A stretch of 64,000 nt of DNA from Trichormus sp. ATA11-4-KO1. GTDB taxonomy: Bacteria > Cyanobacteriota > Cyanobacteriia > Cyanobacteriales > Nostocaceae. The stretch covers positions 1 to 64,000 of the forward strand of contig JAHHIM010000012.1 of NCBI GenBank assembly GCA_019358915.1, in the 5' to 3' direction. The notes under the pieces are model-generated. The model worked only from the letters and a program-made list of their open reading frames with translations. It was not told the origin of the DNA and did no database searches. Made by a program: the position numbers and the translations under genes. Positions within the stretch are counted from its first letter, which is position 1. Each line of letters opens with the position of its first letter. Positions 63,915 through 64,000 of the stretch are shown here, piece after piece.

Positions 63915-64000
63915 GTAATGTAGTATGAAGCGATAATATTAATCAACTACCAAAACCGCAGAGCCTGCAATTTTGCCACTACGCAAGGCATCCAAAGCTT

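Overview
A 64-kb chromosomal segment from a heterocyst-forming cyanobacterium (Nostocales-like). This is judged from dense HIP1 GCGATCGC sites, 7-bp STRR tandem repeats and a flv3B-flv1B pair. Housekeeping and known genes include holB, flv3B/flv1B, rpaA, phoX, clpB, ureEFG, hisS, pfkA, tRNA-Ala(GGC), hisF, ruvB, nagA, purE, an ammonium transporter with an NtcA box, a DAHP synthase, a GH13 glycoside hydrolase and acylphosphatase. Four regions deserve a closer look. (1) A ~12-kb cluster (32.3-44.0 kb) around a red-chlorophyll-catabolite-reductase-like gene, with a nitrilase-fold protein whose triad is Glu-Arg-Ser, an aldehyde dehydrogenase, a beta-barrel protein, a cupin, a cyclic amidohydrolase, an AspH-type oxygenase and an enone reductase; this is a candidate bilin/tetrapyrrole catabolic or N-salvage pathway. 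(2) A small accessory island (18.2-21.3 kb) holding a two-gene operon with a LexA box over its -10 element, a candidate ncRNA, and a fused MenA1/MenT1-like antitoxin-nucleotidyltransferase. (3) An Asn/Gly-repeat beta-solenoid protein with a PEP-CTERM-like tail. (4) Many miniature mobile elements, including a recently active 111-bp MITE that disrupts a GNAT gene, several nested insertions, and a TGT-type transposon end at the start of the window. All family assignments come from motif recognition by eye, not from database searches.
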